A DNA stretch of 61,284 bases, filler included, from Nemertoderma westbladi (lineage: Eukaryota > Animalia > Xenacoelomorpha), in the NCBI GenBank assembly GCA_032718475.1. It is 3 parts of 3 records of this genome, joined end to end, with 100 filler letters (N's around TTAATTAATTAA, not from the genome) between each part and the next. Parts side by side here need not be neighbours in the genome. Positions count along the whole stretch, not along the records: positions 1 to 30,728 come from JAUCBJ010005289.1; 2 more parts are not named here. One strand, written 5' to 3'. A program made the translations under genes and the position numbers. The notes beneath the pieces are model-generated. The model was not told the origin of the DNA. It did no database searches and saw nothing but the letters and a program-made list of their open reading frames with translations. Positions 1 through 12,200 of this stretch are shown piece after piece (position 1 is the first letter of the stretch; the number at the start of each line of letters is the position of its first letter).

Positions 1-146
1 CTCGCTATCATCTCGTCCTTGTAGACTAAGAAGCAGCCTACAGGCACCTCACCGCGTCCCAGCGCTGCCGCAGCTAAATCTAAACATTTACTCATCCAAT
101 AGGAATCCAACTCAGGGGTAGGTTTTATTTCTGAGACCGTTGCCAT
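1..146 (-). CDS. ADAT2: tRNA-specific adenosine-34 deaminase catalytic subunit, N-terminus (runs off the window)
   Basis: Manual translation from ATG at 146: MATVSEIKPTPELDSYWMSKCLDLAAAALGRGEVPVGCFLVYKDEMIA. WM..AL....EVPVGC..V is the Tad2/TadA N-terminal signature. Not in the ORF track because it is partial. Confidence 0.88.
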   Translation of the reverse strand, partial: MATVSEIKPTPELDSYWMSKCLDLAAAALGRGEVPVGCFLVYKDEMIA

Positions 147-496
147 AGTTTACGACAATTCAAACTTCAACAGGATTCGTAATTTGAAACCAATTGAAAC
201 GGCATCAACCCCGATTTAAAGATGACAACTATTGAATGATATAGTCAATAATATAAGTTCGAATATCTGAATATAATTCATTAGGCTACTAAACTGCTAA
301 ACCGCTGTTATAAAAGAATCAGTTAACCGGTAGGCCTGCCACAGAAATGATAGACCAGTTACTTTGTGCTCTAAGTCCACCAATATTTCGAATTGCACTG
401 CTCTGGATCCGGATAACAGATAAATTAAGTTCATTAAGCACTACCAGTAACGACTGAACGATCCCGCGTATAGGCAGACAGGTATATAATGACAGG

Positions 497-781
497 TTAT
501 TTACTCTGCGTGTGTTCCTTTCTAGTGGCATCTTGTAGTAGTTGAGTATCGACATCGTCTGCGGGCAACTGAACGTAGCGGACGACCGAGCCACGGATGA
601 AACAGTTCTTTACTGAGAGCATGTGGGGATACCGATCGGGTTGGGTTACCGAGATGTCGTTTAGTTTCAGGTTTAGATACTGGTCAACCGAATGTAGAGA
701 GCCGCATATTGTTAGATCGTTCTTCAATTCAACAACCACTTCTTTACCAACAAGAGATTTAAAAAATGAAAAGAACAACAT
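497..781 (-). CDS. LSM2: U6 snRNA-associated Sm-like protein LSm2, intronless CDS, 94 aa
   Basis: ATG at 781 gives MLFFSFFKSLVGKEVVVELKNDL...RGSVVRYVQLPADDVDTQLLQDATRKE, nearly identical to canonical LSm2. Confidence 0.97.
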   Translation of the reverse strand: MLFFSFFKSLVGKEVVVELKNDLTICGSLHSVDQYLNLKLNDISVTQPDRYPHMLSVKNCFIRGSVVRYVQLPADDVDTQLLQDATRKEHTQSK

Positions 782-2512
782 CGCGAACAAATTCAGAACT
801 ACCTACCGGTACAGTCAGACAGTACAGCAGTACCACTTATCAGTCCAGCCCAGTAGTTATTTGCTTATACTGTGGGGCGAGTGAAAACAGTGAGCCATCA
901 TCAGCGAACTGTTATAATTATAGGTAAATCTTTTCGACCTACGCGTAGCTACTTACTATGGCTAGTTAAGGTCAATTCCTCAAACAACCGCTAATAGTCG
1001 CTGTGCAACAGCAATTATGCAGGGGAAAGCATATGTGGGCGGGGCGAGTCAAAACTGCGAGCTGTGTGGGGGGGGGGGGGGGGGGGGGGGGGGGGGGCTG
1101 TGTCAGTGTGTCGGAAGCCAAGAATTAACTGCCTGTTCCTTGATCACAGAGTAGCGCTGAGTGTTTGTAGCTTTTCTTGTCGTCAGAGGCAACCTGCCAC
1201 TTCCCTTGAATTTTAATTTGGTACGCCATTTATTTCAATTAATTGTGTAGGGTGTATACACGAAGTGGTGCCTTCGCGCAGCACGTGTCAACTCGAAAGA
1301 ATTATTAACAAAGTATAATTGGATGTTCCCTAGTTATTTTTAACCTCGAAAGGCAGGGGTAACTGCAGACGGTTTAAGGCCTCACAAAAACTCAGTATTT
1401 AGTACCCCAGGTCTAAAATATACAGTATATGCCAGCTATAAATCGGGAATAAATGATTATAAACAAAACAAAAAACAATAATGCGAAAATGCCTGAAAGG
1501 TTTTAATTTCAGCCATCTAGCGGTCGACTAGAACTGCCTTTCAACCTTTCGACACAAGACACCACACAAACGAAAGACACAACCTTTCGATGGTCTAGCT
1601 CTAGGACGCATATATGCCTAGAGTAGTTTCAGCTAGAATGGATAACAAATAACAAAATTATTGAAGTTTTCACTTTTTAACGAAATTCAAACAATTACTA
1701 CATTTTTGGAATCCTCACAAAGTAAACTTTCTAATGATATGAAAAAATTACGACTTATGTGAAGAATGGCCACGATACGGAGGGTGCGATTTCGCAAAAG
1801 AAATATTGATTGTTTCCATAGTTACTGCGATGCCAATTATTACACTCTTCAACTCGCTTCCTCAATGGTGAATAATTTAATATTCTGGAATATTGGTTTA
1901 TTTAAGTAGAAAGCTGCAAAGGCGTCCTAAACTATTATAGGCCATGCAGCCATAATGTACTAGCTATATTGAGGGTTTAGATTACAGAGTAAAGACAATG
2001 GAAATTTCAGGTAAATCAAAAAATGAAATATTTTGTGAAAATTATAACAAATTTTTCATGTTTAATTTTGTTCTTCCGCACAGGCCCAACAAAATTACTA
2101 TAGTTTCAGTGTTCTAGAACGTTAGCTAGTGTCACATATTGGATCTATAGGTAACGAATTTTGGTAAAGTATTGATCTACTTCAAGTTTTATATCTAATA
2201 ATCGATTTTATGATTACATTCTCAACCCTCGGTTTCCTTTGAACGTCCGAACTGAACATTCTGGAACGTTTGGCTATTTAAAAGTACAGGATTGCTAGCT
2301 AAATGGAAAAGGACAAACTTGGCAATAATGTGGGTAGTGAGTCCTTTGGATATTTAATAATACAGGTTCCGGTGAGTTAACTTAAATTTGATTGTACTGT
2401 GGCTTGTCATCTTTGAGGTCGCTTTATAACTGCGGTAAACGGTTTAAGGTCCCCGCGAACATTTTATTTACTTGACTTTAGCGCACGGCTTTGGTAGTTC
2501 TCAATAGAATGA

Positions 2513-3043
2513 ATGCCCACAATTAAATTAGAGAGACCTTTGTGTATAATGGCAAATACAACAGATCCAACGTGTTGCGTCTGTACTTCCTCCACTACCA
2601 ACGTCGGTGTCACTAACACAGATTCATCATCTAACAACAACGTTTACATTTGGGTCGCATTCGCTGTGGCCGGGATTCTTCTCGTGCTGTGGATAACTTA
2701 CCGAACGCGTCGGAATCGCTCTTACATGAAGGAACTACAGAGCCGGTATTACAAGCCGTCGGTCTTACCGGATATGGACGAGAGAAAGCTCGACGAGGAA
2801 CTAGAATCAGCGCGATCCATTTACTATTCACTCGGAGGGACTCTACACTCCACGAGAAGTCGCCCGAGTGACATCGATGGCTCCTCCGACACGTACACAG
2901 ATTGTTCCGAACACCTAGGCTTTCAGTCCGCCGATAAAGATTCCCCAGACAAACGGTCTGTAGGCCTGTGGATGGAGCCGCGTACGCCCAAAAGAGGTTC
3001 CAACACCTTAAAGAGCTCAATCAAATCAGTCGCGCGCGTCTAA
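2513..3043 (+). CDS. Small single-pass membrane protein of unknown family (alternative ATG at 2549; could be a terminal exon)
   Basis: 176-codon ORF, GC/CpG-richer than its flanks like the other host CDSs here. Hydrophobic segment VYIWVAFAVAGILLVLWITY is followed by basic RTRRNR. Confidence 0.55.
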   Translation: MPTIKLERPLCIMANTTDPTCCVCTSSTTNVGVTNTDSSSNNNVYIWVAFAVAGILLVLWITYRTRRNRSYMKELQSRYYKPSVLPDMDERKLDEELESARSIYYSLGGTLHSTRSRPSDIDGSSDTYTDCSEHLGFQSADKDSPDKRSVGLWMEPRTPKRGSNTLKSSIKSVARV

Positions 3044-4353
3044 AAGACATAAAAAAGCTCATCGAAATAGTACTGTACAGTACTGAACTGTACTGACTAA
3101 ACAGTACTGAATATAGTACTGTTGTTGTTGTTGAAACCAATATTAATAGAGATTGACGGCTCACTTTGAATTCATTATAAAAAGGGACAGGATACGATAC
3201 GAAAATACGAAGCAATTCTTCACAATCGATGCGAAAAACCAAGATACGAAACTAAATACGAAAAAAGTTTCGACATTATTTCGTTGTATTTTTTTTAAGA
3301 GTTGATTTAAAAAAAAATTTTATTTAGTATTGCGCTTATAAAATTATTTATAAATTTCTTGGTAAATATTTCTTATTTAATGTTCCACTCTTCCAGTATA
3401 ACCTTCTCCTTTCCAAACAATCAAAAACAGTATAAACAGCACTATGCTGTTTCCTTTTGCTTTCTACAGCAAACCTGTTTGCTGAAACACACAAGTTCCG
3501 TATTTCAACATAACACCCACAAACCACATTACACTCTCCAAGCAGATTCCGCAACATGTCACAATCCGTATCGCTACCGCTACGAAAAATAAATGAGATA
3601 ACATCCTACAGGAATTAACAGACCTTTATGAGTTTAGTGGTTTGTAACAAACTTAACCTCTTGGTATATTGATAATAATATTAATTATAAATTATATTTA
3701 TTATACCATGGAAATGGTAAAATTGCCAGATCTAACAAGTTCGCACAATAATTTAATTAATTAATAAATTATTAAAAGTTTGACGTCCGAATAAAATCAG
3801 ATTACGCCTTAGCAGCCCACTACTTGTTGAGGCTCACTCAACGTGTTGGCGGGCCTATTTTACACAAGCGGCGATACCTTTACTGTATGGTAGTTAATGT
3901 GTCCAGATGTTGATTTAAAGCCAGTAGTGTGTTCTTTGCATATTTAACATTAGCCTATGGGGAGTATCGTTGTTGTAATATAACTCAAACACTAGACAAG
4001 GCGGCTCTTTACTACATTCAGCTATCCCGGGAGGTTGATTGACAGACACCTCTAAGCTTTGATATTTAGCCGTTCTAGGTAGACTTACATTAGGCAAATT
4101 CCAAGTGATTTCCTAAAGTTTATTTATTTCCTATTAGGTTCCTATTAGGATCCTATTAGGATCCAATAGGACGTTATTTGAAAGCGTTACTGTATTGACA
4201 TAATAATAGTGTAAGCTGTAAGTGTATAGGACTAACCTATTTTATACAGCAATTTTGGAAAAAAATTGAAAATAATTAAGTGGTGTAATCTCTGGTTTGA
4301 CTGTTAAAAACATTCAAATTGAAAAGAATATTAGATACGAAATAAGAAAATTC

Positions 4354-4590
4354 GTTATCGTATCGTGGGCCTACAGTATCCTGTACCTGTTATCGTATCG
4401 TGGGCCTACAGTATCCTGTACCTGTTATCGTATCGTGGGCCTACAGTATCCTGTCCCTGTTATCGTATCGTGGGCCTACAGTATCCTGCGTTATCGTATC
4501 GTGGGCCTACAGTATCCTGTACCTGTTATCGTATCGTGGGCCTACAGTATCCTGCGTTATCGTATCGTGGGCCTACAGTATCCTGTACCT
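4354..4590. repeat. Minisatellite, 7 units of 35/31 bp (GTTATCGTATCGTGGGCCTACAGTATCCTGTACCT)
   Basis: Directly visible head-to-tail units with no spacers. Confidence 0.95.
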
Positions 4591-4836
4591 GGTACTCTTG
4601 CCATGTTGTTATTTTACTCGATAATATATTAATGATAAAATATCTTCCCACCCCATTTAAGTAGATATGTATATTTAAAGTTAATTAGCTTTACGCGCAG
4701 TATCACTTCTATGGAGGTACTATGTGTTGTGTACTATAACACCACCAAGATGGCTTTAAACGAACCTGTCTTACACTGACTCCAAAAAAGAGATTGGATT
4801 GAAAGATGCAAACCAATAATTTAGCGGACATTTAGC

Positions 4837-5979
4837 GGTGTTTTAGCGGACATAACAAGCCATTTTCTCCGCAATGTACTGTGTGGGTATTTTAGCGGAC
4901 ATAACAAGCCATTTTATGCCGCAATGCGTTAATACTCTAAATAGATTGTAGTTCAGATGACGAAATCTGTCAGCTGATTTACTGTCGATGTGGAACCTCT
5001 CTTTGTTCAGCTCGCTCAGCCAATCAGAGCGAATTTCATTTTATCTTGCACAGAGGCCTACGGAAAACCGCGCAATGCATTACGGTCTTTGTTTACCTTT
5101 CTGAGCGAGAACAACTGCTTGGAAATTCTTCTCTACTTCTGTGTTGGAAGTTTCAGACTTTGACCTACACATCAGAAACATCAGATGGCTTTGATTACAA
5201 GAACGTAAAACTATTAACGCGGCACTACGCAACGCGATTCAACTACCGCATCACACCGCAAGTCAACATTGCTGCACATGGAACACTGCATCAGTAACAC
5301 ATACTGACTGTTCACTGCATTATTTGATTCTGTTATTAATTGGTGTTATGTTGGTGTATATTGCTGATATATTTGGAGAATACCGATGAATAATCATAAA
5401 ACCCCCAATCTTCTTGATTACTAAGGTTAGAGGAACATGTTTACCGGTAGCAATTGCGACTTACATTATAGTGGTTTTTGTGAGAATTAAATGCTATTTC
5501 ATAATCCCTACATGTGTCAGTTGCGATCCTCCTTATATATGATCAAATTCAGTGACGGTCGGCAGATCAGTGCGCAGTAGTGTGAACTAGTGTGAAGTCG
5601 TGTGAAGTAGTGTGAAGGTTAATAAAGCATCTCCTAAAGAATGCGCTTTTTACGAAACTCAGTAGCCATCCAGTTGTGATTAGTATAAGTCATAACTCTG
5701 TTTTATACTTAAAGCGCCACGTCCTAAAGGAACTGTTAATATTTCCCCGAAAGTAAATATATTGTCAGAGATTATATATTAACGATCAATCGAATAATAC
5801 AGTAGGTCTACACTGCAATCACTATCAAAGCATCCGAATCCTGTCTCCCTTAACTCTGGGTGAATGGTCGCGCACAGGCTGGCTTCGGCTGATGTAACTT
5901 CAGTACATTAAATAATTGATATACAAAAAGACAATTAAAATTGGCAGGTTAAACTGCTAAAGGTCTAAAAGCGCGAACA
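4837..5979 (+). repeat. 5' LTR (first ~53 bp missing)
   Basis: 1143 bp collinear with 16109-17251, about 19 substitutions by manual count, ends ...GCGCGAACA. Confidence 0.93.
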
Positions 5980-7953
5980 TTAATAGTTTTAAACTCTTGA
6001 TTGCACGTAGGCAATAAATATTTTGTCTATTGTTCTGGTAAGAACAATAATAGATTTCAGATTCTTTATTGCACCGTAGGCAATAAAGTCAAACGTACCG
6101 GTCGACCGGTAAGCTGTAGGCCTGACTGCCCGACTACCCGAACCGGTACTTACAGGTACAGCAGTATTATTCGATTTTTATAATTATATACCGGTAGGTC
6201 TTGATATTTAATCAGGGACGGCCGCCCTGGTTTTTTATTGAGATTTTACTTATTTCTGTCAGTTTTATTTATTTGTAAGTGTAATATTGAGCAGAAGGCG
6301 TGTAAGCCAGCTCAGATTGTACAGATAATTTGTAGGCTGGATTGTTGTCTGACTGTTGTTAAGTCTGAAGAGATTGCAGTGTGTGTAGACTGTATGTCCG
6401 ATAAAGTACTAGTTAGGAAGGTGGGGGCATCCAGGGCTGTAAGGTAAATCCCCCCGAAAGAATAAGTCGTACTACTCGGTTAGAACGCCTACTAACTAAC
6501 CATTTCAGAGTCTACATATACTGTAGTTTATTTAGGCTTGATAGTAGTCTGCCAGCGTGTGGTCTGTATTTTGTTTGTGTAGTCTGCACGGGTAGCGTAA
6601 TATTTATTATTCAGAGTCTATGCGAGTATTCGCAACCTACATAACTTCCCAAGTTTATTCCTACAGTAATAGTGCTTGTTATACATACCGTTATAGTTAA
6701 ATTAATCCCGGTACTACATCAGGGCTGCTTGGCGTAGGTAAAGACTGGTGATTTTATGCTCTAGTCACTCCAGCAGATACCGTGGTTCTTTTAGCTGTAC
6801 AAGTATATTTAACTGCTGGTTATTTGTTGTATAAGTACTTGTACCTAATTTAGGGTTTAGTGTACAGTGCTTTCCGAAAGTAATTAGTGTGTAGGCAGTA
6901 TATTTGTGTTGTAAAGTGGTTAATAGGCACGTTAGCTCTGGTTGGCTGCGGTAATTAACTTCTAGGTAAGGACACTCCGGGTACATAACGTAGTACTTAT
7001 AGAGCTGTAGAGCTAAAGACTATAAGTTGTCAAATGGTGGTATTTTCTTATCTGGACAACGCAATATATTTACTACTGCTTTATTATTTTCAAATACCAT
7101 AGTATCCTGTCCATTTGTAAGAACCAGAAATTCGAACTCCTTGTTAGGCTGGTTTGTAGATTTCCTGTAAAATTACCCTAAAATTTGTACGTGTAACTTT
7201 TGTGTTTATTTAGAGATTGTAATCTCACACTATATGTATGTAATTTGTAGTAATAAGTAACTTAGTAAAGTAGAATAATTTGTATTAGTGGCCAACAAGT
7301 AGCACTCCACTGAGAGCATCCAGCTTCTGTGTAGTGACTCCTTACCCAGAAATAATAACATTTATTTCAAACATTGACAAAAACCCATTATACGGGTATA
7401 TATATATATTATAAATCAACTCAAACCGATTTATAAAATAGTAGGCCTGTTATCCATCAATTAGGTCTTAATACCAGTTGGACTACTGCTTGATAACAGT
7501 AATAAAGTAAAGAAAGGTAACCCTAAAATTCAGAAATTCAGTTATTATAAAATAATTGACATACCGGTATTTACGATAGGCTTATTATATTTATTTCTAT
7601 AAATTTAAGCTGAAATTATATACCGGTATTCTGTAATTAATTCTAGTCCATAATCATACTTATATATACTATAAGTGTATGCTGTATACCGGTATTTATA
7701 GTAGGCTCATTATATATATTTATATAAATTTATGCTGAAATTATATACCGGTATTCTGTGACAAACCCTAGTCTGTAATAATACTTATATATATACTACA
7801 AGTGTATACCGGTATTCTAATATATTATATATATATCACGTTACATTGAGTAACGATATCGGTAATTAATTACTAGGCTTACAGTTGATACTGAATTACT
7901 AGATTTGCTTTAACTGTCGTTATAGTAGTAGGCATTCAACTGTACAATTAAAC

Positions 7954-9260
7954 ATGGCTGACACAAAGCAAACTCTGTCAGATAGTCTCCTAGAAAGAAC
8001 AGTCTGCGACTCCGACAGGAGTACCGAACATTTGAGACCAAAGTTCAAGTCCCCTCCTACTGTAAGAAAGGTCATCCCTCCAGTAGTAGTATCAGATCCT
8101 AGGCTAGTAAAGCACCGTAGGTCTATCATAGGCACTCAGGCTCAAGTCAAGCGGGACCAAGAGGCAGCTGTTAAACAGCAGCAACACCCGAACCGAGAAC
8201 TTATTTCTCAGCGGCCCGATAGCTCCAGTAGTTCAGATACTGTAGAGTTGACACCCGAGCGCGGAGCAAAGATGGCAGAAGCGGTTTATTCGGATCCACT
8301 TCTCATTCTTCCTGAAGCCGTACTCACTAGAGTATTGATTGCGGTGGAGGAACATCAAATCGATTGGGCGAGAAGTAAGCGATCGACCAAGGACAGTTAT
8401 GCGGGATACACGAAGGAGGAACTGAAGTCTATTGTCGAGACGCAATGGAACTTCCCCGGACCCGGACTCCCGTTTAACTTATCGGAAGCTGCCTGGGAGG
8501 ACTTATACAGGATGGGAGTGGTAAAGGACACTAGAGATCCAGCTGTGTGGAAGAGGTCGGCAGCAGGATATGTACAGGGATTCTTCAGCTCTTTGGAGTG
8601 ATTAGAGGAACAACTGTTTCAACAACCCCAAGGACCTCAAGAGCAGGGAGAGCTGCTTTATCAAGTTCGAGAACGAATCCTAAGAATCAGACTAATCCTT
8701 TCGGCCTTTGAGGAAGCCTCGAAGAGAAGTCAAGACACGTCATTGCAAGTTGCCGTAAAGAATTGGTTCCAACGGGTGAGCCTTAAAGTCCAAGGAACAT
8801 CCCAATGGAAAATTCAGCTAACTGAGTGCTCAACCCACGGAGAATCAACAGATGCTACCTTTTCTCAAGTGGAAAGCGAAGCGACATTGGAGAAACCTCA
8901 GAAGAAGGACGCTATTGAAATCTATCTGTCGGACTATCGATGATTTATAGGTGACAAAGAGTTGAGGAGACGGCTAGCTGGACTTCGCCCTACTAGCTAG
9001 TGAAGGAGCCAAGTTTGTGTTGGACTCATTAGATGCGGAAATGTTAGCCGCAGACCAAGCTAAATTTGATGAAAGCATCCGCATCGCTAGGGTCCAAGAA
9101 GAACAGTTAAAGAAAAAAACGAATAGAAGACAGAAAGACAGCGGCAGCGGCAGAGGCTGAAAGAAAAGCGGCAGCGGCAGAACCTGAAAGAAAAGCGGCA
9201 GAGGCAGAGGCTGAAAGAAAGGTAGCAGCGGCAGAAGCGGAAAGAAAAGCGGCAGAGGCA
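7954..9260 (+). pseudogene. Disrupted N-terminal part of the BEL/Pao gag ORF
   Basis: ORFs 7954-8601 and 8743-8943 share a frame, separated by a TGA. Two further frameshifts (~8975, ~9115) link them through an ERKAAAAEA-repeat segment into the 9261 ORF. Confidence 0.7.
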
Positions 9261-12200
9261 GTGGTAGAAGCAGAACGGAGGGCGTCTGAAGAGACAACCC
9301 AACTAGAGTTGGAAAATCTTCAAGAGAAGCAAGACTACATAGATAAACAGAGAACAGCTAGTCAGATGCAGATAATAAGTCGATCTACTCCCAAGAGACA
9401 GGGATTTACATCATCTGATGAAGGCGATACAACAGATCCTGAAGGTGGAGGAAATAGATCTCGTCCCAGCAGGCGTAGAAGAACGCCCCACCGTCAGAAA
9501 TTGCCTAATTTGCCCCCAGCTGTGAGAAGACAACTAGCTAGTGTAGACTTAGGTAGTCCAGAACCCACAGACAAAATTATTAGAGTAGAAAGACTCCCTA
9601 CTATAGTAGATGAGCCTGAAATAATTGGGCCTGTGCTCGAAGCAACCCCTTCTGTGATAGAGACACCTGTACTTCCAGAACCTAACTCTAAATTCCCTTT
9701 GCACAGTACTAAATTACCTGTGCCCAGTAGAATAGCCCCAGAATCAGTCCCAGTCTTGGACGCCGAGCGAGACATCAACGATTTATCGCCCGTCGTCCCT
9801 TGTCTACCCGCTACTATGTTGGCGGCTCCCGCTTCGGCGGTCGAGTGGGTGGATGAGGGACGGCGGGGGATGGATCTCCTGCTCGGACAATTGGAGGAAC
9901 AGCGCTTGCGTTCCTCCCAGCAGGTCCGAGAGATGGAAGGGACTGTTCAACAGTTAAAGGGAACAGTAAGAGAAGGTAGGTTAGAGTTGCAAGAAGTGCA
10001 GCATAGTATCGCGTTAGAACGCGATAAATTAGTAAATATACAAAGGGGTATACCACCACCCCCTGTAACAATGTGTCAACCTGTTAGGTCTGAAGTATTT
10101 CATGCGCAAGGTATGGAGCCTACACACATCTATACTGCTAGTGAAGTAGAAACTCCTATAGTAAACCCTATTAAGGGTAATTATAAACCTGTTGATAATC
10201 ATATTCCATATAGAACTGATCATAATCCGAGAAATTTATATACCGATAATTCGATATTAAATAATACGATGGCCCAAGAAAGTTTTACGCGTCAAATGGC
10301 TAGAACCGAAGCCCGTCAAGCGGTAAAGGTGGGAGAGATCGTCAAGTTCAACGGAGATGAGATGAAATGGTTACCTTTTAATGAATATTATAAAGATAAC
10401 ATACAGAACTCTGTACTATCTAACGGAGAGAAACTTAGATTCCTCATCGAGTGCTTGGAAGGATCTTCCAAGTTAATGGCGTTAAAGTTTATTGGACATC
10501 CAGATGGATTAAGACAAGTTTGGGATACACTAAACATCAGGTATGGTAATAGGACTAACATAGCTAGGTATTTGTATGCGAAATTGGTAGCGCCCCGAAA
10601 GTTTCTTAGCGGCGGGATTATAGAATTTTCCGATGAGATCCAGGAGATCTGTAGACAATTAGATTGGCTAGGTAAGTCTTATGAATATCAGAGTTCTATG
10701 GTTATTGGAGCTGTAGCATCTACCTTGCCAAAGGGTGGAGTGGGTACTCGTTGGGACAAAAGAGTTCTATATATGATGGAACAACAACAAAGAGACCCTA
10801 CCATGGCTGATCTCATGTCATTCTTAAATGGAGAGGTAAAATTACAGCTCCTAAAGCAGTCCCGAGAGAAGACATCGGAAAATAAGGTGAGTGAAAAACC
10901 CGTTTCTAGGAGAAAGGTAACACCAGTGTGTTATACAGACGACGGCGAAAGCCAAACCTCCCACGAGGAGAACAGCGGGAAAGACACCGAAAGATCTTAT
11001 TATGTCAACAAAACTCGGAAAGACGTAAGTAAATTTAAGTCTCGAACCAGTGACAGGAGAGAACAGGTAACAAAAACTCCTCCTACGTCTCCTAAGAGAA
11101 TTCATGGAAGAAAGCCCGAGGAAAGAACAAGTGTGCACAACACTACCCAAGGTAAAGTAAGTAACATCAAACCAAAATGTGCATTGTGCGACGGGCCCCA
11201 TCGTTTAAGTGTGTGTGATGAATTCTTAAAGAAATCCTTAAAGGATAGATGTGATGTCATGTGGGATAAGCGGTTGTGTTATAATTGTCTCAGACGAGGA
11301 CACCAACGGCGGACCTGTTACTCAGATGCTAGGTGTGCTAAGTGTGGCACGAAACATCATATCTTGCTGCACACAGAATTTGAAAGAACCCGCACGAGTC
11401 AGGTAAGTGAGCCCGAACTACATGTCCAATTCAGTGATGTGAACGACACTGACCACAGCTCTGAGATGGAAGGATTCTACACCGACGAATTCTCCGACGA
11501 AAACGAATCCTGTTATATGACAAACACCGCAGTGTATCGAGCGCTTACGTATGAGACTGAAACCGATAATGAAGCGCACCCGGCTATTCCTGACCGACAA
11601 CCATCTTGGAAAGCGCCAACTTCCAACGTCGGAATCCAGGAATTCCCCGTAGTTCAGCTGAGAGTCCATGGATCAGGTAAGAGTTTTGTAGTCAACACCC
11701 TCCTGGACTCCGGCAGCACAGGAACATTCATCGACAAAGAACTAGCCGAAGACATCTTTGCTGGAAAACCCAAGTTCCGAACTAAGTTGAACCTTTCAGG
11801 AATTATGCAGGTTTGGAAATCCACAGTAGCTACAGACTACTATGTAGGAGCGTTGTCCACTCCCCAGGACGAACTAGGAGAACACAGCATAAGGTCCTTA
11901 AAAATGGTGGCGATAAAGAACTTTGCTACCAGCCAAGTGGAACCTTACAACTGGGATGAAGATGATTTTACCCAGCAGCATGATATCCCTAGATTCAACA
12001 CCGACTACCCAGGAGTACAGATACTCATCGGCCAAAATGCGCATGAGGAGCTAGAGACATTAGAAAAACGGCCTGCTCGACCGCAACCATTACAAACATA
12101 CGTGGGAAGAACGAGAGTAGGTTGGTACTTCACTGGACCTTCCCGTAGAACACTCATGGAAAGATTACCTAACGACCAAGTACATCAGGTGAGTGAATGG

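Noticed and set aside
1066-1097. Long G/C homopolymer runs scattered through the window as specific regulatory G-quadruplexes
   Set aside because: Mostly embedded in repeat families, with lengths unreliable in assemblies; no locus-specific evidence.
3348-3592. Possible last exon of APEX1
   Set aside because: No frame yields RLDY or SDHCP motifs.
4354-4590. 35-bp repeat as a CRISPR array, and ORFs 4297-4664
   Set aside because: Units are contiguous with no unique spacers, the context is eukaryotic, and the ORFs just translate the repeat.
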